64,000 nt of DNA from Veleropilina oligotropha (taxonomy: Eukaryota): contig JBEUKZ010000104.1 of the NCBI GenBank assembly GCA_048128005.1, positions 124,001-188,000 of the forward strand. The letters are read 5' to 3'. The notes beneath the pieces were generated by a model, which saw only the letters and a list, made by a program, of their open reading frames with translations, was not told where the DNA came from and searched no databases. Positions 24,036 through 34,812 of this stretch are shown in pieces. Each line of letters opens with the position of its first letter. The first letter of the stretch is position 1. The translations under genes and the position numbers were made by a program.

Positions 24036-27000
24036 TTAATATCCATATGGTAAGGTGTTCAAATCGTTTAAGATAGCCCTTTTAGTGTAGACCATGCGAT
24101 ATTTTTTATTTTCGTCACGGTTATAAAGTTTACGTTTCAACTTGTTTCGGCAAATTTTACTGGAATTTGTGATTATGTAACCGTGAGAATTGGTGACAAT
24201 TTCTTTGATAGACTCAAAATTGACCAGTTTTGAATTTGTGTAATTCAATGAGAAACCACGAACTTTACAGGTTTCCTTGTCAGTATTCGTTCGATAAGCA
24301 TAATTCTTCGGCCCACCGGATATAAACTCTACGATGTAGTCCTCGTCTTCGAGTTCGTTTGTCAAATCACCTAAATAATCTCCCAAGGGCATGTCTATTT
24401 GTCCAGGTCCGGTCACGTAAATCACTGAATCGGTGTCATAATACAGGACTTGTCTGTTCAATCGATCTAATACGTCATACAGTTTTAATCTCGCCCAACA
24501 GGTCGTAAATGTTGCGATGTAAATATTTGCCCTGTCATTGTCGGGGATGTCAGTGTCTGATCGAATGTACTCCAATTGAATCATATCCTCAGCGACAATG
24601 TGAAAATCCTGAACTACTTTGCTGGGATCAGACAAAATTTGAAAGAATTTCTCAATCTCGCTCTCGTGTATAGACTTAAATAGACTTAAATAGAATTTGT
24701 TTGGGTTTAGAAAGTGCATTTCTGCAACTCATATAAAAACCCATTTTGGTAGCTCGGTCATCTATAGCCTTCCCTGTCTCTTAAAGTGCTCATCCAAACG
24801 ATTTTTAAATTGATTTACTGATGTGGACTCCACCACCTTGACAGGAAGGGCATTCCACTCATCTACAACTCGGTTTGAGAAAAAGTATTTTCTAACATCT
24901 AGCCTGACCCTCTTTTTGTAAATCATGAACTTATGCCCCCTTGTTTTATTATGGTTCAACTGGAAAAAATAACTAATATCAAGATTGTCTTTTCCTGTAA
25001 ACATTTTAAATACTTGAATCATGTCACCTCTTATCCTACGCAACGTTAATGTTGTAAGATCAAGGCTTCTGAGCCTATCCTCATATGTCAACTCTCTGAT
25101 TTCACCTACCAATTTTGTGGCTCTCCTTTGTACTTGTTCCAATAGTTGGATATCCTTTGAGAGGTATGGATTCCATGCTTGCACCGCATATTCTAAATGT
25201 GGTCTAACCAGTTGCTTGTATAAACGTGTTATGATGCCTTTTGACTTAAAAGTAAAATTACGCTTTATCATTCCTAATATTTGGTTTCCCTTTTTAGCTG
25301 CTTCGATACATTGATTTGATGGTTTCAGTGAATTATCAATCCATACACCCAAATCTTTCTCTTTTGTCACTACTTCTAGGTCATCTCCTCCCATTTTATA
25401 ACAATATTTTTTGTTTTTGTGACCCACATGCATTACCTTACATTTGGTTGTATTGAAAAGCATTTGCCAGTCATCAGACCACTTAACCAGATTATTTAGA
25501 TCGGTCTGAAGTTTCCTTGCATCTTGTTCAGTTTCTATTATTCTGTAAAGTTTAGTGTCGTCAGCAAACTTTTTCACTAGAGATGTAATAGCGCCATCAA
25601 TGTCATTCAAGTAGATTAGAAATAGCAATGGACCCAAGACCGAGCCTTGAGGGACTCCACTTAATACACTCTCCCATTTTGACTTAACCCCATTTACAAC
25701 AACTCTCTGTTTTCTATTCTGTAACCACATTTCTATCCACGTCAATATTGGTCCTTTAATACCATGATTACTCAATTTTTGTATTAGTCGTTTATGTGGA
25801 ACCTTATCAAATGCTTTTTGAAAATCAAGATATATAATGTCGGTCTGTTTGTAATTAAGACGCTGACCAAACTTTCCCCAAAAGCTATTCAGGCAAAGTT
25901 TTGAAATTGATCTCAAACCAGGATTTTTTTTAATGTTGGATTCGTCCAGGTCAATGTGTTCATTCTTCACATAATTGTCAATGTAACGTTTGACGTCCTC
26001 AGAGGATTTGACCCATTTAGGAAATCCACTGGCTTCTTGTTTCAATTTCAAAAAGGTATTGATGTAACCGGCGAATAGGCCACCATTTCCTGTCGAGGGA
26101 TCGTAGACGGTTGTCTCATTCCAGTGATAGATTTCATAAATTTTCTTGATTTGATAACCCATACTGACGGCCTTCATCAGTTCTGGGGTACACCATGTTC
26201 CTACGATGGAACGCTCGTCATCACTACACAAACAAGGCGACTGTTGTTCTTTGTCGGCACATGTCCTGCATAAGGGAAATTTTAATTTTCCATTGGACTT
26301 ATAAGGCAAAACCGGATGGTATAGACCCTTGGGTGGCAAAATTAAAACTTTAGCGATCCCAAAATACTGGTCAAGGTTTTTAAAGTCATGATTGATAATT
26401 TCGGGGTGACCCACCGGGTACCGGGCATATTTATTGACATAGGGGTACAAAGAAGTGAAATCGACGTACTTAATTTTCTCGTTGTCGGTCACTTTGTAAT
26501 GCAGTCTACACGCATTGGTACGTCCCCCAAAGAAACTGTCACGGGGTTGAAGTCGGTCTACCAAGTCCAGAGATTCAACAAACTCTTGTAATTTGACGTT
26601 TGATTTCAGTTCATTTCGAAATTGATGTTCCCAGACAGAAACGTATTTCATTCCAAGTTTTTTTAGGATGGTCTCCTTCTTCAAGGTCGCAGCATATCGT
26701 TCGTTATGACTACGGTCAGTGCGTGCATGTTTTACGTCACGATCGTTTGGGTAACACAGGGGGCAGCTGTGAAAATAGCATCCGTGAAATTCATACGCAG
26801 TGTTATTCGCAAATCCGTCTACCTTGTAGCGTGTTCCAGGGATTTTGTGTTCACCACCATTCAGTGCGTGTTTTATGGAAAAAAATTTCAAATGTGCGAC
26901 CCATTCAATCCACAGAATAGAAATTCTGCTAAACTGGTCCTTGACAATGTCATTGGTTATCAGAGGGAATGGTGTTTTCACAAATTCGCTCTCAGTACCC

Positions 27001-29767
27001 TCAGGAAAATCTGACGTCCATTTACCATCAATAAAGGCACTCAAATGACCATCTACTTTCTTGGCGGGCACCCAGTCAGTTAATTTCACGCGCCATTCTT
27101 CTTCTAAGAAATTTGACATGAAAATGCCCATGCAAGCTGAAGCAATGGTCGTGTAATCAAAAGGGTCTCGACCCGCTGCAGCACCCATCAAGTCACGGAA
27201 TTTCAAACATGTCTGTCTCAGAATGTCAACGTCGCTTCTACAATATTCCAGCATTTCCTTGGCAAAGTCAAATTTGTCATTCTTATTGTCGTCGTACCAA
27301 GTCATAAAGTCAGCCCGCTCAGTCGAAGACATAGAGTTACAACCGTAGAATTTCGGTTCTGGAAGGGGGCCCACGTATCGTTGATTCTCTCGTGTATTGT
27401 AGAAATATGGAAAATAGCCTTTCCTTAATTCTGAGAAACCAAATGCCTTGGGCAGTGCAGATAATTTCATGGGGAGAAAATTGAGACTGTCAATCAATCG
27501 AATATTTAAGCCCCTACCGACAGACATGTACATAATTTTCGAACCGTTGTAAATGATCTTATCAGGACGCATACTGATTTATTAAATACTCTAACAGAAA
27601 ATATCCATCATATCCACGAAAATTATGTGCGATAACTGTTGTGTTTTTATGTGAATGATTGAACAGCCATTTGCCAAATTTACAGGCAGTGTCAACGCCC
27701 TTGAATATGATTTCTCTTTTACCACACATATTCGGACAAGGTGGACCTTTAAACTTCTTATCACCACACACGCCGCACCGTGAACCACAGGTATTACATG
27801 TCGATTCTGGATTTAATTCATCGTTCTGGCAATTGTCACATGCAGACTGAGCCACTACAAAATTTGGAATATGTGTTGTTTTTCCACAAAGTGAATCTGT
27901 ACAATTTGAACAAACATTATCATTTGGGGCATGTCCCGAGGGACACTGAAATATCTCGTCCTGTCGACATTCAAAGTCAAAAAAAAATGAATTTTCTGAT
28001 TTTGTCATCTTTCGATTGCTTTTTCGGTCTAACATAACATTGATGGTCATCAGTTACGTATGTATCACAATTTCTACACAATTGATCACCACAAACATGC
28101 TCATCAAGTTTACGCTTCTCAAGATTAATGATAGCAAAACACAACTTACACTTATGCCATGCAAGGCACTGAGAACACGCAATGAGTTCACCCTTTCTCT
28201 TGCCTTTTGTATACCTTTTCTCCTGTCGGTGTCGATCAAAACAGGCTTCCGAGCGGCAAGTCATGTGACACTTGATGCACGACCTTTCAAAATCGGTTTC
28301 GGTACATAACCCACTCTTGCATACCATACAATTCCCAGTGCATGAGTGCTTAGCACGACTCGAAAAGGCTTTCATACATGTCTCGCAAAAATATGAGCTG
28401 TTTAAGAACCCTGCGATTTTCGTGATTGAGTGAAAATGTCCTATTTCATTACATGACTCATCGTGAACAAGATAAATATATATGTTCCTTCTGTTCTTAT
28501 TATCCGAAACTTTCAAAAATTTATTTGAAATACGCGAACCTAAGACATTAATATTGCAGTTTAAGACGTCTGCAAAAGCATCTACATGGTGTAATCCCAA
28601 TGGTTGATCTGTGGGTACGTCTGCCATTGCGCAAAGTTTTAATGCAAACCTTTTCTGGTCCAGGCATTTTGGCTTCCTCACATTCTGATAGTACCGATTC
28701 GGTACTTTTCCCACTTGAAGTATTTGATTAAGCAGATCTAAGTGGGACAGATGTTTTACCAACTCATCAAATTCCCCATCTGAAATCTTATTTGTTGAGG
28801 ACCAGCTGACTGCTATGGAGCGTGGTAAACATAAAGTGTCATTATTTACGATTTGTATAATGGAACTTTTAAGTCGTATTCCCTCGTCAACATCGGTGAT
28901 GTAACAACCGCTTCCAGATCCTACAGGCCGGAAAATTATACCAATGCTGATTTGAAACCCCTCCTGAATTGAGAGGTCCTCATAGCTCTGAAGGATCTTT
29001 TCCAAATATTCAATCACAGACTTATTTGTTAAATCTTCCACGGGTTGTAATGGAATGACAACATCATCATTTAATGACGGGTGAGTAATAATCACACGAC
29101 CAACATCGTGTGGGGAAGTACCTTGCTTTGCACTGTCTAGTAATTCTTCGAACATGATATGGAGATCCGAGTTAATATCCAGTAATCGTTTTTCTTGCCA
29201 AAACGCAGGATCTAAATTCACTTTGTACGTGATTTCATGGGCGCCATTTGTTTTGAAAGTGTGAAACCCTATTTGCTGGATATTGTACGGCTTATCAGTA
29301 CCCGCCCCATACTGCATATCTGAATCGTCATCACACATCAAATCGAATACTCGATCGTTGATGCTTAGTTTCGTGGACGTGTCCATGCATCGACCATATT
29401 CGAGTAATTGATCGACATCAGTGAAACTTTCTAATATTTCCTGACTGCTTGGAAACTCTTCTTCATCCGCATTTAAATCACGATCATCATTTAACTTTCG
29501 TCTTTTCGCAGAGGGGGTTTCATTTATTTCCTGTTCAATCTCATGCGTGCTCGGAAAATCAGTTACAAAATCTAGTAATGATTCGGTTATGGATACTGAA
29601 TTACTAAAAGATGTGTTATCATTAAAAATTTCATCGCGGATTGAATCCCAGTTAAGTTCATGAAGTCTCGCTACGATTCTCGGATCTTGCTCTAAACCCC
29701 ATAATGTTGAAAACTCTCGTACTTCAGTGACGTCTGTTAGCGACGCAACTATTTCAACGAAGTCCAT
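24036..29767 (-). pseudogene. Protein-primed family B DNA polymerase (pPolB) with N-terminal TP/vOTU-like region, Zn ribbons and Vsr-like nuclease insert; two frameshifts and a CR1 insertion
   Basis: NNDTLCLP...GHFHSI (OTU-like); ExoI FDFE, ExoII HNFRGYD, ExoIII YCRSDV; VDG..AYEFHGCYFH..VWE; motif A DFTSLYP; motif B KLCLNSFWGKFGQ; motif C YYDTDS; GPKNY. Frameshifts at the A9 run 27979-27987 and at ~27573. Confidence 0.95.
24672..25841 (-). mobile_element. 5'-truncated CR1 LINE (subfamily B) inserted in pPolB
   Basis: Runs from DIIYLDFQKAFD to RQGRL*, followed by a CR1 3' UTR and a (TCTATTTAAG)n tail. Diverged at the nucleotide level from the subfamily A copies. Confidence 0.92.
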
Positions 29768-30857
29768 CTATAAGAAAATAAAATATTACATGTCATAATT
29801 TGCATTTAATTTCGAACTATACATGTGCAGATTAACCGATGAATTATCTACAACCGCAAGTACAGTGCAGAGACCACTCGGATATATAATTCAGGGCATG
29901 GAATTCGATATATTACGAACTGGCCCTTAGATAATTTTGAACTGACCCTTTTGAGTGAAGCATAATATTATAATTATAGCAATAATATAATCATAAATGC
30001 GCTTGTCATGAGGTGGTCATTTATCGTCAAAGCCTTCCAGTTACTTTCCCCCCAAAACTAAATTAAATATACACGATAATGTTTATTATTCACCAAATGA
30101 AAATACTGGAATTAAAGGAGCTATTTATTATTTACTGTTATTAAATAATATAGATTAATTTTGCTTTTCATATACAATTGCCAAGCTATATCATGACATG
30201 ATGAATATTTATATATAAAGTTATATGCTGGTCAGCATAGCATATTATATGTGTGCAGATGAAGAATTATTTATCATTGATTATACATATATATATGTAA
30301 TATCTAAAATAAATTTTTACTACTACCATTTGTATTAAATCATTAAATAAAACATTCTGTTCTTTATACTGTTCGTGTGTCCATATGAAGTACATTACAC
30401 AGAGAAAAAGACTATCTGACCATCATGTGCTTCCGTAGTTGAAGCCTATTTATAATGAAAGGCCTGATTTGATAGTATGGCTGTCACGCACAGTCCCATC
30501 TATGCCATTCATCATGACTGTAATATATGTGACTTACAACACGCCATGAGGTAAACAGAAGTGCTTTATTCACTAGTCATGCGCAGTCAAAACATCTGCA
30601 TCAGACAGACTGCATGGTCTAGGGGGGCATAACTCTTGTCGGCCTATATACTAGCAATAGTACAATAATGTATTACAATGACAGCCCTTTGTCCGACACG
30701 CAGACGGGGCACCATGCTATTTCGGTCAATTAGGGCTAACAAGGAGAGTGATTATCTCTCTGAAATTATTTTTATAAAATATATTCATTCATATTTATTA
30801 AACAAATACATGCTTGTAGTCACATATGAAATAATATTGACAGACAAGATTTGCGAT

Positions 30858-30891
<34 letters not shown>

Positions 30892-31121
30892 AAATCATCT
30901 ACATATATATAGGCATGTGTGAGTACGGTTATAATGAAGATTATTACGCTTATTTATGCAATATAATGTTCTTACATACATACGGATAGGTGTTAGATAT
31001 AAAATAGTATATTATTATAATATTGGATTCATGTTTTAAAATAGATTTAAATAGAATTTGTTTGGGTTTAGGAAGTGCATTACTGCCACTCATATAAAAA
31101 CCCATTGTCGTTTCTGTTCAT

Positions 31122-34049
31122 CTATAGCCTGCCCTGTTTCTTAAAATAATCATCTATGTGGTTTTTAAATTGGTTTACAGATGTTGATTCTACTACATTA
31201 CTAGGAAGACTGTTCCATTCATCGACAACCCGATTTGAGAAAAAGTGTTTCCTAACGTCGAGCCGGAATCTTTTTTTGTAAACTTTGTATTTATGGCCCC
31301 TGGTCGGTCTTTGGTTCATCTGAAAAAAGAAAGTACTGTCAACATTGTCTTTTCCTGTAAACATTTTAAATACCTGAGTCATATCCCCCCGTGTCCTTCT
31401 CAAAGACAATGTTGTGAGGTTAAGTGCCCTTAGTCTATCCTCATAAGGTAATTCTCTCAATTCGCCTATCAATTTTGTGGCTCTTCTTTGAACTTGTTCA
31501 AGAATTTTGATATCCTTTGCAAGATATGGGCTCCATGCTTGCACTGCATATTCTAAATGCGGTCTAACCATTTGCTTGTATAAGCATGTTATGATGACTC
31601 TGGATTTAAAATTAAAGTTTCTCTTTATCATTCCCAATATTTGATTTCCCTTTTTAGCTGATTCTGCACATTGATTTGATGGTTTAAACGTATTGTCTAC
31701 CCATACACCCAAATCTTTCTCTTTTGTTACTACTTCTAAGGTATCTGAACCCATTTTATAATTGAAAGTTTTGTTGTTATAACCCGCATGCAATACCTTA
31801 CATTTACAGGTGTTAAAAAGCATTTGCCAATCCTCTGACCATTTTACCAGATTGTTTAAATCACTTTGAAGTGTTTTTGCATCTTCTTCAGTTTCAACAA
31901 TTCTGTACAATTTGGTATCGTCTGCAAACTTTTTTACAAGAGACGTAATGACGTCATCAATGTCATTTAAATATATAAGAAACAGCAATGGGCCCAAAAC
32001 AGAACCTTGTGGGACTCCACTTAGTACCGGCTCCCACTTTGACTTGATCCCATTTATTACAACCCTCTGTTTTCTATTTTCTAGCCACATCCTTATCCAG
32101 TTTAATATTGGACCTTTCAGACCATGGTTACTTAATTTTTGTATCAGCCGTTTATGTGGTACTTTGTCGAATGCCTTTTGAAAATCAAGATATATTATAT
32201 CAACTGGTTTGCCCGTATCTATGGAGGTTGTTACATCTTCAAAAAATTCCAGTAAGTTGGTTAAACAAGACCGTTTCGCCATAAACCCATGCTGACTAAG
32301 GTTTAGCAAGTCAAATTTATTAATGTGTTGTAAGATAGCATCCTTTAAGATAGATTCCATGATCTTGCCTACTATTGATGTCAGACTAATAGGTCGATAA
32401 TTTTGGGTGTTTGACCTACTTCCCTTCTTAAAGATTGGGGTAATATTACCAATTTTCCAGTCATCAGGCAAACTTCCTTCTTTTAATGATTTATTGAATA
32501 TCATGGTTAATGGCTTTACTAATTCTTCCTTACCGGCTTTCAGCAATTTGGGATATATATTGTCCGGACCTGGAGCTTTACTGACATTTAGTAAGTTTAT
32601 CTTTTTTTCAACCATTTCAGTCGTAATCTCAATACTTTCACAAAAGTTTTCCTTTCCTCGAAAGATATGTTTTTCTGGTGGCATGTTTACCGTATCCTCC
32701 AACGTATAGACAGATGCAAAATATTTGTTTAAGGATTCTGCGATTTGTGAATCATCTGATATAGAATTTCCCTTTTCATCTTTCAGGGGACCTACGACAT
32801 CTTTTGTTTTTTGTTTTGACCTAATATAAGCATAAAATGATTTTGGATTTTCTTTGATGTTTTTTGCTAGATTTTCTTCAAAACATTTCTTGGCTGCTCG
32901 GATTTCTTTTTTACACGTTTTCTCACATTCTTTATATTTTTGGTGGTCATCTGTGTCATGTGACTCCCTGTATCGTTTCCAACGCTTATATTTCCTTCTG
33001 ATAATTTTTCTTACTTTCCTGGTTAGCCATGGTGGTGAATGCTGTTTGCGTCTACACTTTAGTGGAACATTTACTTTCATTATTTCTTCGATGTTAATTC
33101 GAAAAGTTTCCCAACCTTCTTTAGCATTTAGGTTTTCAAATTCTCCCCAGTTTATATTTCGGAAATCTGACTTAATTTTGTCAAAGTCTGCTTTTCGAAA
33201 ATCTGGTATTTCTTGTTTGCTTGTTTTCATAGTTGTTTTTGTGTGTAGCTGAAATTCAATCAAGTCATGATCACTACTTCCAAGTTTATCAATTCTGCTT
33301 ATGTTTTGAACCATATTTAATTCACTGGAAAACACTAAATCTAATACATTGTTACCTCTAGTTGGGAAATCCACATGTTGATGCATAAATCCATTTTGCA
33401 TTGTTGTTAAAAAGTCATTGCCTGCTTTCCCACTATGCAAATTTTTCCAACTTATATCCGGGTAGTTAAAGTCTCCCATAACTAATACGTTTAGTTTACA
33501 GTTACTCACTCTCGCTAACGTTTTGTTTAAGTTAGCACTATTCTCTTCTGGGCTATTTGGTGAACGGTAAATAATACCGACAATTGTGGAATCTCTTTTA
33601 TTACTGGCCAAAATTTCGCACCAAACAGAATTTTGAAAAGAGTTTATTTTAAAATCATCACGAGAAACAGAATTTAGTTCTTCTTTTATGTATAGCAGTA
33701 CCCCTCCCCCTCTGCCATTTAAAGTATCTGTTCTATCCTCTCTGTATAATTTGTAACCCAACACATTTAATTCTGCATTTTTTATGTTATTGTTTGTCCA
33801 TGACTCTGTAACTCCTAACACATCTGGGTTGTGTACATCTATTATTGTTTCTAATTCCCCTCGTTTATTCATCACACTTTGTGCATTTGTAAAGATAACT
33901 TTTAGCTCTTTTTTGTCTTTTGTATCGCCTCTAGATTTAGATGGGCCCATTTTCTTTCCAGTGGCTGGAGTTTTTCTTTCCATCTTTGCATTATTTGGAT
34001 CACTAATGTCTGGCTGTTTTGTTCTCTTTACCTGCTTTGTTGATCCCAC
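31122..34049 (-). CDS. CR1 ORF2 (AP endonuclease + reverse transcriptase), uninterrupted 975 codons
   Basis: TNAQS, GVTESW, GGGVLLY, YRSP, GDFNYP, LDLV, SDH, YRPISL, QHGF, DFQKAFD, GVPQGSVLGP, FADD. Confidence 0.95.
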   Translation of the reverse strand: MGSTKQVKRTKQPDISDPNNAKMERKTPATGKKMGPSKSRGDTKDKKELKVIFTNAQSVMNKRGELETIIDVHNPDVLGVTESWTNNNIKNAELNVLGYKLYREDRTDTLNGRGGGVLLYIKEELNSVSRDDFKINSFQNSVWCEILASNKRDSTIVGIIYRSPNSPEENSANLNKTLARVSNCKLNVLVMGDFNYPDISWKNLHSGKAGNDFLTTMQNGFMHQHVDFPTRGNNVLDLVFSSELNMVQNISRIDKLGSSDHDLIEFQLHTKTTMKTSKQEIPDFRKADFDKIKSDFRNINWGEFENLNAKEGWETFRINIEEIMKVNVPLKCRRKQHSPPWLTRKVRKIIRRKYKRWKRYRESHDTDDHQKYKECEKTCKKEIRAAKKCFEENLAKNIKENPKSFYAYIRSKQKTKDVVGPLKDEKGNSISDDSQIAESLNKYFASVYTLEDTVNMPPEKHIFRGKENFCESIEITTEMVEKKINLLNVSKAPGPDNIYPKLLKAGKEELVKPLTMIFNKSLKEGSLPDDWKIGNITPIFKKGSRSNTQNYRPISLTSIVGKIMESILKDAILQHINKFDLLNLSQHGFMAKRSCLTNLLEFFEDVTTSIDTGKPVDIIYLDFQKAFDKVPHKRLIQKLSNHGLKGPILNWIRMWLENRKQRVVINGIKSKWEPVLSGVPQGSVLGPLLFLIYLNDIDDVITSLVKKFADDTKLYRIVETEEDAKTLQSDLNNLVKWSEDWQMLFNTCKCKVLHAGYNNKTFNYKMGSDTLEVVTKEKDLGVWVDNTFKPSNQCAESAKKGNQILGMIKRNFNFKSRVIITCLYKQMVRPHLEYAVQAWSPYLAKDIKILEQVQRRATKLIGELRELPYEDRLRALNLTTLSLRRTRGDMTQVFKMFTGKDNVDSTFFFQMNQRPTRGHKYKVYKKRFRLDVRKHFFSNRVVDEWNSLPSNVVESTSVNQFKNHIDDYFKKQGRL

Positions 34050-34057
34050 GTCCCCCT

Positions 34058-34500
34058 TTAACAGTTTAAATGCTCCTCTATCGCCCTATTTACCCCTCTG
34101 GCCAACACTTCTGCACCCTCCAGCGAAGGGTGCAGACCATCTTTGAAGTACCACTCCCTCCTACCCTCAAATCTGTCCCACAAGTCAAAGAACCCAAGAC
34201 CCTCCGAACAACAATACTCACGTAACCAGTCATTTACCACTCTCATCTTCTCCAACAATCTCTTGGGTCCTCTCCTTGGCAACAGCCCACCTACAATCAC
34301 ATTTCTCTTACCATCGCCGCTCAACTTCGGAAGCAATTCCTGGTACTTCACCTGCATTTCCTCTGTCTTTCTCGATGTTGTTAGTCCCAATAATGACAAC
34401 TATAGTGCCTTCGCCAGCTGTCAGACTCTCTGCCCTTGATGTGACGTCCTCGATTTTGGCGCCAGGTAAACACACCCTTGTTCTTCTTTTCCTGTCAACA
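34058..34500 (-). pseudogene. CR1 ORF1 SGNH/GDSL esterase domain (5'-truncated, frameshifted)
   Basis: VCLPGAKIEDV, IGTNN, LLPR, VNDWL, KDGLHPS.EG. Confidence 0.85.
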
Positions 34501-34523
34501 TGTATGTGTGTCTATATAATATA

Positions 34524-34812
34524 TCTTAATATAATGGAGCTATAATTGTATGCGGGTCTGTCTGTTTCAAGTTGAACTCCTCCCAGACGCTTTGACCTAG
34601 GACCTTCAAACTTTGGGGGGTTAATCGGGGTCCCCCAAGGAAGGTTTACCACGAAAAAAATTCGGAAAATTCGCGAAAAAAAAAAAAATTTACTATCATT
34701 TTTAATATAATGGAGAAAAAAAATAAAAAATAAAAAGGGAGCACTATCCAAAAAAAAATAAAAAAATTTGGGCTGGGGGGACTTACCCGGCGAAGACGGG
34801 TACCATTGCTAG
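34524..34812 (+). mobile_element. Non-autonomous Helitron inside the Polinton
   Basis: Same family as 2516-2766: A|TC start, ACCCGGCGAAGACGGGT hairpin, CTAG|T end. Confidence 0.75.

Larger units (their letters stand above)
31036..34500 (-). mobile_element. Near-full-length CR1 LINE (subfamily A) inserted in the Polinton
   Basis: Partial ORF1 plus intact ORF2, 3' UTR and (TCTATTTAAA)n tail; possible CATGT duplication at both ends (uncertain). Confidence 0.93.

Noticed and set aside
24762..27572. Novel natural polymerase-RT fusion enzyme as a bona fide gene
   Set aside because: The RT part is a 5'-truncated CR1 with its own 3' UTR and tail, pPolB motif C is severed, and upstream pPolB is frameshifted. 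Kept only as a chimeric-ORF finding.
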